Notes: a model not told the origin generated them from the sequence alone. 64,000 nucleotides of DNA from Lytechinus pictus (GCF_037042905.1 NC_087250.1:18292001-18356000), one strand, 5' to 3'. Counted from the stretch's first letter, positions 38,603 to 51,078 are shown. Made by a program: numbers and translations.

Positions 38603-39074
38603 AATAATAATAATTGGCATTTATATAGCGCTTTATCAGTCTACGACTGCTCAAAGCGCTTCACAATTATTATTACCCGGTCATTGGATTCATAGCATTT
38701 CAAGCAGCCTGTTAGGCACACATTTGCTAAACCAACCACAATGGCAGTAGTTTCCTAGTCTGCTGGGCAAACCCTTCACTCGAGTTAAGGGTCTGAATGT
38801 GCAGCCTACTCATGCCTTGTGTACTGAAGGCTCTCTCGCTGTTTTGTATGTGCTAGTCTTTGCGTGGAGGCACACTTATTGATCAAAGTTCCAATCAGGG
38901 TCTGTGCCTGCAGACTAGTCGTTTCCTACCGGTACCCAATTAGCACCTGGGTGAGAGTGGCAAAGTGTGGATTGACGCCTTGCCAAAGGACGCTAGGCCA
39001 TGGTGGGATTCGAACACACGACCCTCTGATTTAATACAAGGCAAGAGTCGGAACCGCTACACCACGGCGCTTCC
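38603..39074 (-). mobile_element. tRNA-derived SINE with Nin-like central domain and L2-like 3' tail
   Basis: Minus strand: GGAAGCGCCGTGGTGTAGCGGTT...GTTCGAATCCC head, CACTCTCACCCAGGTGCTAATTGGGTACCGG core, AAAGCGCTATATAAATG(ATT)n tail. Confidence 0.85.
38756..38917. mobile_element. Short TAG...CTA MITE with 9-bp TSD (Academ-like)
   Basis: TAGTCTGC...GCAGACTA flanked by GTAGTTTCC / GTCGTTTCC. Confidence 0.7.
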
Positions 39075-39898
39075 ATATATTAATAATAATATTAATATGT
39101 TACTGTAACATAACTTGAAGCAAGCCGATGGAAAGAGTTAGTAAGCAGTGGGAGCAATTTAGTATATGAAGAGTTTAGTTGCAAAAGGGGTTAGGTCCAC
39201 TTTTTACCATTCCGAGAAAAACCAAGTTTTTTTTATTCTCACTTACTGCAATACTCTTATGAGAAACTAACTTGTCATGATGTACTACCCTATCATGTGA
39301 ACATAAAATTGGGTATAAAAGAAATTTACCTGTCTTCAATTGTTTTCTATTTTTGCAACTAAACTGAAATGAATCCAATCTATTTTGATTAAAAAAGTGA
39401 TTTTTCATGTGAATTTCAACTTTTTGTTTTCATCAGAATGACTAAAAATTTAGAGGTTTTCAGACAGAATACAATAAAAATTTATGAACAATGGACCTAA
39501 CCTCTTTTGACAAATTAGCTCTCATTTTAGAATAGTTTGTTTTCAAAAGGGGTTAGGTCCACTCCAAGAAAATCATTTTTTTTAATTCTCCCATATGGCA
39601 ATATTCTTATGCGAAACTAAATTTTCATGATACCCTACCATGAGAACATAACATTGGGTATAATATAAATCTACCTGTCTTCATATTTTTTTTAATATTC
39701 TTTTCCAAAAAAATACTGTGTGGACCTACCCCTTTTGCGAGAGAGCTCTTCATATGTAAAATGGAACCAGGTGGGTGTTTCATAAAGCTGTTCGCTAGTT
39801 ATGAATGACTTCAGGCACGAGTGGTGACCCTTTCTTGTAATCAATGTCATATCCCTATATAGATGTCTTAGCAACTAAGATTGCATTCCAGTCAAGCA

Positions 39899-40083
39899 CA
39901 GGGGTGTGAGTGGTCACAAATAAAAAGATCTGAAAAAAGCTGAAGAGTATTGAAAAAGTCTGACATAGAAAGAGCTCCCATATTTTTTGTACAGAGGAAA
40001 GCCAGATATAAGCTGAAATTCAGCTGAAAATCAAAACAAAAAAAATCTGAAATCAGATAAAAATCTGAACTCTCACACCCCTG
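39899..40083. mobile_element. hAT-type MITE nested in a Harbinger MITE
   Basis: CAGGGGTGTGAG...CTCACACCCCTG. Perfect 8-bp TSD GTCAAGCA. Confidence 0.88.
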
Positions 40084-41951
40084 GTCAAGCATTACATCAG
40101 GCGTACCTTTACAAACAGCTTAATGAAACACCCACCATTTTGTGGGATAGAGGTGTAAGCAGAGAAAAAGAATAAGTTTTTAGCCATGAAAACGAGTCAC
40201 ATGTATAAATCACATGTCATGCGACCTTATTAACTGCTCCTTTTTCAAAGCTTATCATAATCCACGTTTCCCAAGACATTTGCTCCAGCGACAATATCAT
40301 TTCCTTTCACACATTAATGGGATTACCAACTTCAACCCTGGATTTTATCCTAAACCTAACGAAAAACCCTTTTGCAACCCTAACCCTATATCTTAGATGA
40401 AATAAGGCCTGGAGCAATTGTCGCCAGAGAAAATGTTGTGTTACCATAATCCAGTCACGTTGCAGAGCACCAAATAAAGAACTACCAATGTAATGACTGA
40501 ATCAGACGAAATAAGGCCAGGAGCAAATGTCGTGTCATAATAATCCACAGTCACTTTGCAGAGCATGAAATAAAAAACTAACAATATGACTGAATCATGA
40601 ATAGTCTGCGGACACAGACCCCAATTGAAACTTTGATCCACGGTTGGGTCTTCACACGAGACTAGCACACGCATATAAAGCTTACTGTTTGAACGAGAGA
40701 GCCTTCTGTACACATTGTAGGCTGCATATTCAGACCAGACCACTGAACTCAAGTGAAGGGTTGCACAGCAGACTACATCATCTTGTCTACGGACATGTAT
40801 GCAATTTACCCGGGTTATTTTAATCTAAATTACTGTACATGTATTGTCATAATAATAATGAACATTACTCGTACAGTGCATATTCACAAACATAACAACG
40901 CGCCGATGCATGCAACTAATCATATCAGAAATACATGTTAGAAAATAAATTATATAAAATAATCAAAACTGTGATGTCAATTGTATGCGTAGGATTACAT
41001 GTATATTTTTTAATAAATTACAATTGCATAATTCATTTACACTAGTATTCAAAATTAATATTCAAAATAATACATCCAAACTGTTACTTTGACTGGATAC
41101 TTATCTTTTAAACCCTTACTTAATGAGGGTTGAACCACCCCCACCCCCTCCCCTTTCGACAAAATTTGGTGAAAACTCTTCCGTCAAAAATCGTGTGCAT
41201 GTTTTGAGACCATTTTCATGAAAAATCTGATGCAAATTCCTAACTTTTCTATACATGCATCTCAACCTTAAAATTGTTCAGAAATATGATTTTGTGTATA
41301 AAATCAAAGCAAATTGTGTTATCAACCAAAACTCAGAAATCTAAGATGATTTTTGCTTTATCCCGAAGATAGGGATTTATTTTTTTACACTTTATCATTG
41401 TAAAAGGTCTCAGACAAAATTCATTGATAAATTATTAAGAAACAGAGAAGAAATGAAAAAATAATTACACACTTAGAAAATTAATTCTAATTTGCAGGTA
41501 GCTGTAAGAGAGTCAACATAAATAAATAGCATTTTACTACCTATTGTGAGTTTATAGGAAGAAAAAAATACTTCTGGGGATCGTTAATTAGGTATACATG
41601 TACTTATATAAATATATTTTTTTATATCTTTATGTGCACGCAGATTTCCAGGGTAGCTGAGATCTGATGGGCTGGTGGGGGGGGGGGGGCATATTCACCC
41701 CCCTTCCCAGTAAAATAAAACACCTGGTGGGTGTTTCATAAAGCTGTTCTTAAGTTAAGAGCGACTTTAAAAAACGACTGGTGAACCTTTCTTACGCTCT
41801 AAATAATCACCAATGAACATTTAATGGTCAATATCATTTACCACAAGAAAGGATCACCAGTCGATCTTAAAGTCGCTCTTAACTTACGAACAGCTTTATG
41901 AAACACTCATCTGGTTTTAAATAGCCCAGTTAAACTAGAATATGCCCTGGC

Positions 41952-42201
41952 TATGCTGCCCAACTTTGGCAAAAGGAAGCAAGTGACACATCAGTCATAA
42001 TTCAATTATTGTTAACACCCTTTGTATGCCCCACGTTGAGGCAATAATTGGGGGAAGAAATGATCGTTATATGGAGAGATATTGAAGACAATATGCTGTT
42101 AAATTGCATTGACGCCTATGTAAATCACAAAAACACATTGCTCATTTATAACAAATGATACTTTTGTAACTTGCTTCCTTTTGCCAAAGTATGGCAGTAT
42201 G
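41952..42201. mobile_element. MITE with ~35-bp TIRs
   Basis: CTGCCCAACTTTGGCAAAAGGAAGCAAGT ... ACTTGCTTCCTTTTGCCAAAGTATGGCAG. Confidence 0.7.
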
Positions 42202-42454
42202 GTACCAAACTATATAACTATGCAAATTATAACTAGACGATACGAACGTGTGTGCCTTTTAAATGGTTGTGATGTAAAAGATCTATTGGAATAATTAACT
42301 GATTAAACATCAAAATAAATTCTTTTTGTACTTTTGTCTTGTCTCGTCCCTTTTCATGCATGGAATGGGTAGAAAATTTCAGGAAATAATCTATGTCTGT
42401 AGATTTAAGAGCTCATTACATTACCAAGAGAGGAAGATACAGTACATGTAGATG

Positions 42455-42606
42455 CCAAATTTGAATTCCAACAGCTGAAAAAATGCAAAGTTTGAATTCA
42501 AACGGCTGAAAAATGCCAAGTTTGAATTCTAATGACTGGAAAAAATGCAAAATTTGAAGTCTAGCAGCTGAAAAAAATTCCATATTTGAATTCTAACAGC
42601 TAAAAA
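42455..42606. repeat. ~30-bp minisatellite (5 copies) in the probable 3' UTR
   Basis: Repeating TTTGAATTC(Y)AACAGCTGAAAAAATGC(A/C)AA. Confidence 0.85.
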
Positions 42607-42777
42607 TCATCCAACGACCAACACACCTTTGTGTATTGGTCACATCTACTCGCAGACGGCTTTTGATGTTGTAAACCAACATTCACAAACAGTTGCAACT
42701 CTTTACAAAAGTTTGCAAATCCCAACATGGTTGCACTCATCCCTTGGTGAGATAGGGTGGCAACTGATTGGAGTGAC

Positions 42778-43823
42778 TTAATCGATGTCAAACTTTGATA
42801 GATCAAACTGATCAGACATATCTCTTTGCCAGTGGCTGGATGATGACGTCCCTTCCGTGGCATTGAGGGAAGGCTTTCGATCGATCTCATATCCAAAACT
42901 CGCCATATCATCATCGACATCCTCATCGTCATCATCATCAGCATAATCCAAGTCACCATTTGCGGTTTCATCGGGCATGTTGCTATCGGTGTCACCAGGG
43001 CCGGACGGATGTCCCCAGATTACTTCGCAGAGTTGATAGAGAGGCCCAAACTTCCTCTTTCGGTTGTTATGCTCTAGATCATAATGCCACTTCTTTCGCA
43101 GGTACTTCAGCTTGTTGCGGATAACCATTGTGCCTTTCATGATCCCGCACTCGGCCAACCTCTCTTCAATTTGCTGGTAAACCACGTGGTTCTTGCACGT
43201 CCCGTCCATTTGATCCGTTATGTCCTTCTCAGCCCTTAACTTCAAAAGCAGGAGCTCCTCCTCTTTCGTCCAACTTGTATTAGGTTGTCGAAATGATGAG
43301 GGTTTAGTATGGCTTCTTTCTCCTGGACGTTGTAGCGGATGATGGTTTGATGGAATGCTTTGGCCAGGTTGCGGTCTTGTCAGATGATGGTTTAATGGAG
43401 CTCCTTGGCCAGATTGACGTTGAAGCGAATGATGATTTACTGGAATGCCTTGGCCAGGTTGCGGTTGCAGCGGGTGATGGTTTAATAATGGAACGCCTTG
43501 GCCAGTTTGAGGCCGTGGCGGATACTGCACCCCAGGAGTCATCAAGCCCATGGCCTTGGTGAACATGTCCATGAACTGCTCTTGCCCCGCTCTCAGTTCA
43601 CCGATGAGCTTCGCTTGCGATTCTTGGTGGATCCTTTCCATTCTCTTTTCCCAGGCTTGTTGAGCGGTAAGATGCTCATCCTCCTCCGTCTCCTGGCGAG
43701 GATTTTGATGAACTTCGCTCTCATGGATATCATTGGGTTCTTCCTTCACCGACGCGGTTGCTGCCAGCATTGTCCCCTGGTGCCCAGACTTCTCCAGTTC
43801 ATCCGTATTCTTCACAGAGGATG
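42778..43823 (-). CDS. Triple Myb/SANT-like (trihelix) protein, coding exon 4 (coiled-coil, Q/P/H repeats, third Myb/SANT domain, stop)
   Basis: Acceptor TAAACAG|CATCC in phase 1 continues the frame. Encodes WTKEEELLLLKLRAE..MDGTCKNHVVYQQI..L..G..IRNKLKYLRKKW..LCEVIWG. TAA at 42780-42778. Confidence 0.9.
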
Positions 43824-43914
43824 CTGTTTATATGTAAAATAAACATAATTTGGAAAAAGGTTTAGCATACTCAAAATAAAAATAAGAAAAAGTAGGGGAT
43901 TAATAGAAGTAAAG

Positions 43915-44150
43915 AAGAGGAGGAAGGAGGGGGATGGAGAGGAGGAGGAAGAGAAGGATGAGAAACAGAATACTGAGAAAAATATGAAGAAAGAGGAGGA
44001 GAAAAAAGAGAGGGAAGAGGAGAAGGAAGAGGATAAGGACAAGATACAAAAGATGTAGGAAAAGAAGGATAAAATAATGGAGACAGTTAGACAAGAAAGG
44101 ATTAGAAGGAGAGGAAGGAGGAGAGGGAGAGGAAAGGGAGGAGGATGAGA
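43915..44150. repeat. GA-rich low-complexity intronic tract
   Basis: GAG/GAA-rich purine tract seen directly. Confidence 0.8.
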
Positions 44151-44942
44151 ACAAGGTGGTGAGACTGGCCTGATATCTTGATCGATAAAAAATGCAATAT
44201 GATCTTTTGACCCCTAGGGGACCTCTGACCTCATCATCCTCATGAACAAACATATCTACCAGGTGTAAACACAATTAATGCAGAAATAAGAGCAAGCAAA
44301 ACAAAAACTTGAACATCTGTCTAACAGAATAATAGGAAAAGTGACCCAACTGTCGAACTTTGTTCAGGCAAGACAAACAAGGAGACAGAAGAGGAAGAGG
44401 GGAGAAGAAAAAAACAAAAATCAAATGAGTTAGTTTCCTCATAAATTTAACAACATTAGTCATTCCCTATAAAAATTGTCTTTTATTTTCTTTTTTTCTC
44501 AATAGTGAATGTCAGTGTCTTTAAACTAAGGTAAAATCAGTACCCCCTGTAAATTTATAATCGTGAAATTTGTATTACGGACAAATATAATGAAAACAAA
44601 TAATTCATTTTGATTTTGTGTTACCAACCCATATATTGATGGTCACAATTTATAGAATGACGTTTTATTTATCCATCCTGGCTATAACAACCATGACTTG
44701 TAGATCCATGGCTATACTTGTGGTTTTAAATACCCTAATCACTTTCATAAAATTCTGAGCAGGGGCGAAAAATACATGGGGCTCGGGGTGATTTAGTCAC
44801 TGGAATGCTCAAAAGAGCCCGAAAAAAAGTGCCCAAGATAATCCCAATTCATTACAGTCTTAAAGCTTATTCAATGCTGAAGATTATTTTGGCAGTAGTT
44901 TGTGAAAAGTACCCCAAGAAAATAGAAATATTTTTTGGACCA

Positions 44943-45157
44943 GGGCCGCGTCTTACAGAGAGTTACGATCGATCCGATCTATCACAACTGTGGATGACCA
45001 TTAAGTCAACATCTAAAAATGCAAATTTGTTCAATATATTTTTCTAGATATGATGTACATTCATACATTTATCTTTCTCTTGAAGATTCAGTATGATGAT
45101 GGATTTCCAGAGTTACGATTGATTTGATCAATTGTAACTCTTTGTAAGACGGGGCCC
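44943..45157. mobile_element. Harbinger-superfamily MITE (intronic)
   Basis: GGGCCGCGTCTTACAGAGAGTTACGAT...ATTGTAACTCTTTGTAAGACGGGGCCC in a CWG context. Confidence 0.75.
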
Positions 45158-45510
45158 TGATTCTGCTGAGGATATTTTGTGTTGGAATTGGTTCTACAAC
45201 CCAAGAACTATCCAAGAAGCACATCTAAGGACAGTGATTTCATAGTTTAATTTTTTTTTTCCATTCCCGAAAACCTATAATTCAAACTTGATCTAAAATG
45301 GTAATTCTGTTTTTGGATTCCCTTTTGTAAAGTTCTCCAAAATTCAATTCACATGAAAAGTAAAGAACCAAAATGTATTTTTCAATGGATTTTCACATGA
45401 AAAGGAAAGAACCAAAATGTAACCAGAAAACCACTGTACCTACATACATATGAAGGCCTGCTAATATTTTGATCAACACAGAAACGATAAAACTTCTAAC
45501 AGAAACCCAC

Positions 45511-46401
45511 CATTGCTTGCATCTGAATGAGTCTTCAGGTCGTCACCGATGGCACAACGGGCCCCCTCGTCGGTCACTGAACATGATCTAATGTTAGAGC
45601 CTGATGGCGATGAAGATTCTTCCTCCCAGCCAGGCTCTCTGGCATCAACACAGGCAATGGGCTTTTCTTCCTGCTCTACAAGTTCTTTATCGTCGTCGTC
45701 ATCATCGTCATCATCATCCTCACAATCCGAGTCTATCATTTTTTTAGGCAAACCATCACTCATACCACCAGGGTTATGCCCCCATATTGCCGCGCACAGT
45801 TCCCTGTGATAAATCTTGACTTTCTTTTCGCCCTCGCATCGGCTACCTTCCCTGAGCAACGCCTTCTGCCACTTGCTTCGGAGATACTTCAGTTTGTTTC
45901 TTACCACCTTGGCCTGTTTCACCACTCCACGCTCGGCCAGCTTCTTAGTAATGTCCCGATAAACGTGCTTATTATTGCACGTACCGTCCAGCCGCTCCCT
46001 CACCCGCTTCTCCGCCCGGAATTGCAGAAGCAATTTCTCCTCTTCAAGCGTCCAAACTCCCGTAACATGTTGCGTATGATGATTCAGTGGAACGCCTCGG
46101 CCAGGTTGCGGTTGCGACGGATGCTGTGCACCAGAAGTCATCATACACATCGTCTTGGTGAACATTTCCATGACTTGCATTTGGCCGGCGTTGAGTTCTT
46201 CTACGAGTTTCCGTTGCGATTCTTGGTGCCTTCTTTCCATTTTCTCTTCCCAGGCTCGCTGGGCGGCAAGACTCTCCTCCTCCTCCCGGCGGAACCTCTC
46301 GTGAAGTCGATCAAGCTGGACCCCAACCACTCTGGATACTGCAGAGGTTATCTCCTCAAGCCGAGTGTCCCTTACTTTCCTCCGTTTCCGAGCAGTAAGG
46401 G
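45511..46401 (-). CDS. Triple Myb/SANT-like protein, coding exon 3 (coiled-coil plus second Myb/SANT domain)
   Basis: Acceptor CTAAACAG|CCCTT and donor AATG|GTGGGT. 891 nt, phase 1-1, open throughout. Encodes WTLEEEKLLLQFRAE..LDGTCNNKHVYRDI..VRNKLKYLRSKW..LCAAIWG. Confidence 0.9.
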
Positions 46402-46667
46402 CTGTTTAGGCCAGAGACAAATGATATTGAGAAAAATGTTAACAATTTAGTAAAGAAAAAAGCATATCACTACAAAGTCAAAACAAAAAATGATAAATGT
46501 AAATGTTTAAAAAATTTGCTGAAGTCCGTTTGTGTAGTGTGTGGCAAGCTTTAGAATTCTTTTTTAAAGATAATGCCAGTTGTGGTAACAATCTCAAAAT
46601 GAGTGCAAACAGAATCCAATAAAAGGCCACCCTAGTGTTTAAAAATATGTGCCAACTGACTCTTGGA

Positions 46668-47317
46668 AAGAAGTGGAATGCCCCTGGCAGCCTCGCCTGC
46701 ATAACGCAATTCAATGTAGCAGCAGTGCTGACTTTGAAAATAACTACTGTAGTGAATAATTATTCATAAAAGAAAACATTCATATGATAATAAAACATGT
46801 TCATTGCTCCATTGACCCAAAATAACCTTTGACCTTGATCATGTAACCTAAGACTTGTGCTAAACAATCATGATATATGATTACCCGTATGTCTGTGATT
46901 CATGAACTAGATCCATAAACTTTCTAAGTTATCTGGCAATTTAACAATACCCCCAACACAGCCAAAGTTCATTAACCTTAAATGACCTTTGATCTTGGTC
47001 ATGCGACACAATGCACACATGGTGTTCAGGGATACATGGTTGCTCTTATGTCAATGGTTCATTAGCTAGATCCAAATATCCCTGCATGGCCAAAGTTTGT
47101 TGATGCTAAATGACCTTTGACCTTGGTTGTGTGACCTGAAACTCAGGTAGGATGTTCAGTAATACTTGATTACCCTTATACTGTATGTGCAAGTTTCATA
47201 TAGTAGGTCCATATACTTTCTAAGTTATGATGACATTTCAAAAACTTGACCTTGGTTAAGATTTCAATGTTGACGGCAACGCCTTTAGTATCACTCTGCT
47301 ATGCAGGCAAGACAAAA
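46668..47317 (-). mobile_element. Helentron/HINE-like non-autonomous rolling-circle element (intronic)
   Basis: Subterminal inverted CTCGCCTGCAT / ATGCAGGCAAG, tandem TGACCTTTGACCTT subrepeats, end GACAAAA, no TSD. Confidence 0.65.
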
Positions 47318-47655
47318 TGCTTAATTGCTGAGAAATTATCAAATTACATGTAAGCACAGAATTCCATTAAATGTTGGGTATTTTTCCGAGTAATACCAAT
47401 ACACCGTCCCACATGTCGTTTTATGTCAGTGATCATCATCAGAATTATCGGTTTACAGCTAAGATTTCATGATTCCACAATGATAAGTTTATTTCAATGT
47501 ACCAGATCTAAATCTATGATAATTCGGTGGCAATTAACCTTGATTTTAAAGACTTTCTCATGAAATAATTGTTTGCTGCAACTACTGTCTTTAACCTTTA
47601 AGCCCAATAGATTTAGAATTATTCTAATTATTATTATCATTATCATCATAGTTAC

Positions 47656-47835
47656 CTCTCATACTGCTATTTATACTGGAACCCGGTTCTTCAGAAAACT
47701 TCCTGATGTTCCTCTGGTCTTCTATGGTCAGTTCTCGCTTCTTAGCAGCTAACGAAAGCATTAGGCACTGGCGATCTAAGGGACCATCATTGTCATCTTC
47801 GGATTCACTTTCACTCATCCTCCTCTTTTGTTTAA
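47656..47835 (-). CDS. Triple Myb/SANT-like protein, coding exon 2 (basic NLS-like/acidic linker)
   Basis: Acceptor TTTTTTGAACAG|TTAAA and donor GAGAG|GTAACT. 180 nt, phase 1-1. Reads VKQKRRMSESESEDD.., in frame with both neighbours. Confidence 0.8.
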
Positions 47836-48074
47836 CTGTTCAAAAAAATATATTAAAACGGGGATGGGTAACTCTGCCTGCCCTAGTCTGATTTCTTCAA
47901 ACACAGAAATCTGTATCACTTTTAAAAATTAACTAAGAACAAGCGAATAGTACATTTAACAGTGTTGGTTACTACATGTAGGTCTGAATTTTTTTTATTT
48001 AATCCAATGCAGGAAAAAAATTACACGGGGGTGGGGAGCAATTTAGCCCCTTAATATTTGCAAAGTAGAGCCCC

Positions 48075-48230
48075 GGGGAATGTTTCATCAACATTTCTGT
48101 CCGACAAGATGTCAGATCTGACAACTTTCCTTGATTTTGATCGGCTGACGAGCAGTTACTATGGTAACTGTCGGATAAAATGGGACTTGTCAGATAAAAC
48201 GTCTGACAGGTCCTTTCAAGAAATGCTCCC
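48075..48230. mobile_element. Harbinger-superfamily MITE (intronic)
   Basis: GGGGAATGTTTCATCAACA...TTTCAAGAAATGCTCCCC with internal inverted TGTCCGACAAG motifs. Confidence 0.6.
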
Positions 48231-48906
48231 CAGGGAACTAAAAAGAAGCCCTGGAAATCCCAATTCATCAAAGCTTATCCAATGTTGAAGATTTAGAATG
48301 TAAGTTGTGCAAAATAGCACCTGGAAATTTTAAAAAATGCCTGATCCAGTGTAACCTTGATCACTGCACTCCAAAAAAAATTTCATTTTAGATTATTATT
48401 GCTCAATGAAGGCTGTGACTGCTGTCAGTAGCAAAATTAATTCACTTTGCTATCAAATGTAAGGAATATTTGACTTTGAAAGTATTTCATATTTTCTTAT
48501 CCTCTGTATATTCTTTGTACACTGAGTGATTTCAAGTTCAATGTTGACCTTTTGGTGTTGGTGTTAGGTCAATTTTTACAATTATAACACCACACATAAA
48601 ATGATGATGGTACCGAAAAGTCACTCACTAGTTGTTGAGATGTCAATAATGTGATCTGGATCAGTTTTACAAACTCTGAATAAGTTTTGGAGCTAGGGGA
48701 AGCAGTCCACACTTCAACACCAACACCAAGGACAACACCGGACTTGAAACCACCTAATTGTCTACCCGTCATTTTTGTACTTTACTGTATCCTTTGTATA
48801 CATTGTAGCTTTCTTATTTCTAATTTGATTTGTTTATGCTGTATATTTTTAATGCGAATGTGACAAGCTCTGAACTTTGAAATTCAAACATTAAGTGCAA
48901 ACTTAC

Positions 48907-49453
48907 CATTAATCTTCATCCTCTGATCAAATGCATGTTGTTGGTCTTCATCTTCAGTTGCTGAAACTGAGCCAGATAGGGGAGAGGAATCTTCTTCCCA
49001 ACCGAACGAGGGTTCGTCCCCATCACCATCAGCAGAGTCGATGGAATTGACTTCTTGCTTCACCAGTACATCCCTGCTAAGAGCACTCTCCAGGCCCCTT
49101 GCTGCGTTTTCATTGGTCACCCTGTCCTTACTATCATTGGCTTCTGGATTTGTGCACAGAGGATCATCACCCCATATCGCCTTGCACAGTGCGTCAAAAG
49201 CACCCACTTTCTTTTGGCACCCACTCTTGACGTTCCTTAGTGACTGAAACCACCTTACCTTGGTGTATTTCAGCTTATTTTTCACTTGCAGTCGGGTTTT
49301 CCGGACTCCGCACTCCGCTAAAGCCTTGGCGATCTGTTGATAGACGTACTGATTTTTACTCGTCCCGTCCATTTGAGCCTTCACGTTCTCATCGGCCCGG
49401 AATTCCAAAAGCAGTCTAATAGCATCTCTGGTCCAAGCTTCATTGCACGACAT
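48907..49453 (-). CDS. Triple Myb/SANT-like protein, coding exon 1 (start plus first Myb/SANT domain)
   Basis: ATG at 49453 with an in-frame TGA 10 codons upstream. Encodes WTRDAIRLLLEFRAD..MDGTSKNQYVYQQI..L..G..QVKNKLKYTKVRW..LCKAIWG. Donor AATG|GTAAGT, phase 1. Confidence 0.9.
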
Positions 49454-51078
49454 CTTTAGAACACTTTTGATTATTCCGCGTCAGAGAATCAGAAACAGGT
49501 ATGGCACCGCTGCAGTCAAAAGCCATCGACCCGCATGATTGTGAACCTCATGATATTGCATCAATTGAATGGTTAATGTTGCCTTGCTAATCCAGCTCAT
49601 CAAATTGTTTAGCAAGCAAAGGCAAACTTGCCAGTTGTACAGCACAGTATATTACAAGTTGTTAATTTCAGTTTAAAGGCACATGCCATTCAAAAGTGAA
49701 TATTTACACCTGATCATCAAAAAATTATTTTTATTTCACAAAATATATTTTTCAGGAACTGCAAAATTTGACAGTAGGGTATCAATTTATTTGTCTCTGC
49801 TTGTCCATTTGTCCTTCCTTCTTGTTGAAGCATTACTATTACATGTATTTCAGAAGGGCTAAACCACATAATAACCTATAAATTGAAAAGAAACAAGAAC
49901 AAAAATGAAAATCAGTTAAGAGAAAAGTCTCCATTAGACATTTTACATAATAACATTATTTAACGCTTTGCACGCTTAATTAATTTTAGGGGGATAATAA
50001 TGACAATTGTTTCCATGTCATTTTCTTTAAAAGACTTTAATTCCAGATATCCATATTTCACCTAGCCTTACTCCATGATGATATTTTCTTAATATTCTGA
50101 CATATACTTCTTCAACATGGAGCCTTGAACCGCCTCCCATATACAAGAGACACATCAAAACAAAGATGGATTTCTGCACTGGTCCACTGCTACCATCCAG
50201 TCTGTTGAGAATCTACAGGTAGGACTATGGTATGCCAATGCTGTATTGAGCACACACTTTAAAAAAATCATTAGAATATCACTTTTGTGACCAAAATTAT
50301 TAATTTCCATACAGTTGCAATTCAATTTTCATTAGTAACTTAGAATCATTTTTGTATTGACCAGAGCACTCAAAAACTTGAATTTTGGGCATATATTTGT
50401 GTTTACAAGCCCTCTATTGGTGGAAAGTAATATGCCAAGAAAATTTTCATTTTTCAAGCTCTATCTTTAATAAAGAAAAAATAATTTAAAGAATCATATT
50501 TACTTAAGAGCCAAGTTATAAAATGAAAAGCTGTAATGGAAACTGACAGTGTAAAAAAAATCAAGCATTTGTCCAAAAGAAAAAGAGAAAATAATCCAAA
50601 CATTGTCAACCTTATTTTGCCACACATAGAGATGTAACTGAGAACAAGGTTATATCATAACCTTGTTCATTGAATGAGTGGATTTCTGTAGGAAATCCAT
50701 CTTTGTAGATTAGAAACCAAGCAAATGTTTGTGATGTTATTTATTTTTACACATTCATACGCCTAATGCGTATGAAGGTGTAAAACAATTGGTAAATAAA
50801 AAGGTGAAAAATTGAAGGTTTCGTATCAGACCGATCTCGTGTAGATCCCTCGATCTGTTTGTCAACAAAGCAAATACTTAGTTTTAGGTCTGACCCTTGA
50901 ACCGCTTCGTTATGACGTACCTTTGATTCGCGATGTTACAAAATGCCGTTTTGAAGAACAATTTATAGATAAAAATTATTATTCAACGAATACTAAAATT
51001 CAATACATGATTATGAATGATTATTATAAAAATAATAATTACTTATAATCACATATCAAATTTTAGGAGAAAACTTAA

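Larger units (their letters stand above)
1..39740. repeat. Degenerate tandem macro-repeat array (about 11 units, interrupted by many TE insertions)
   Basis: The anchor GTGGACGTT recurs at 327, 12126, 16918, 18289, 18754, 19711, 21938, 22748, 29507, 31231 and 33764, usually preceded by AACACTGAATTT / TTAATCGTAGTTC / GTAATCGAT. Near-identical blocks: 1-~690 vs 22422-~23110, and 15467-~17070 vs 20541-~22090. Confidence 0.9.

Noticed and set aside
42455..42606. CRISPR-like regularly spaced repeats
   Set aside because: The repeats are head-to-tail with no unique spacers, there are no cas genes, and the context is eukaryotic. This is a minisatellite.
43347..46450. Plus-strand ORFs overlapping the Myb/SANT exons (e.g. 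45776-46450, 224 aa)
   Set aside because: Antisense shadows of GC-richer coding exons with no recognisable motifs.
42778..49453. Interpretation as three independent genes or as part of an active Harbinger transposon
   Set aside because: The GTG 'starts' of ORFs 2 and 3 lie just downstream of in-frame splice acceptors, and I found no enclosing TIRs or adjacent transposase.
50062..50240. Possible extra coding exon upstream of the ATG
   Set aside because: It has plausible splice sites but stops in all three frames. At most it is a 5' UTR exon.
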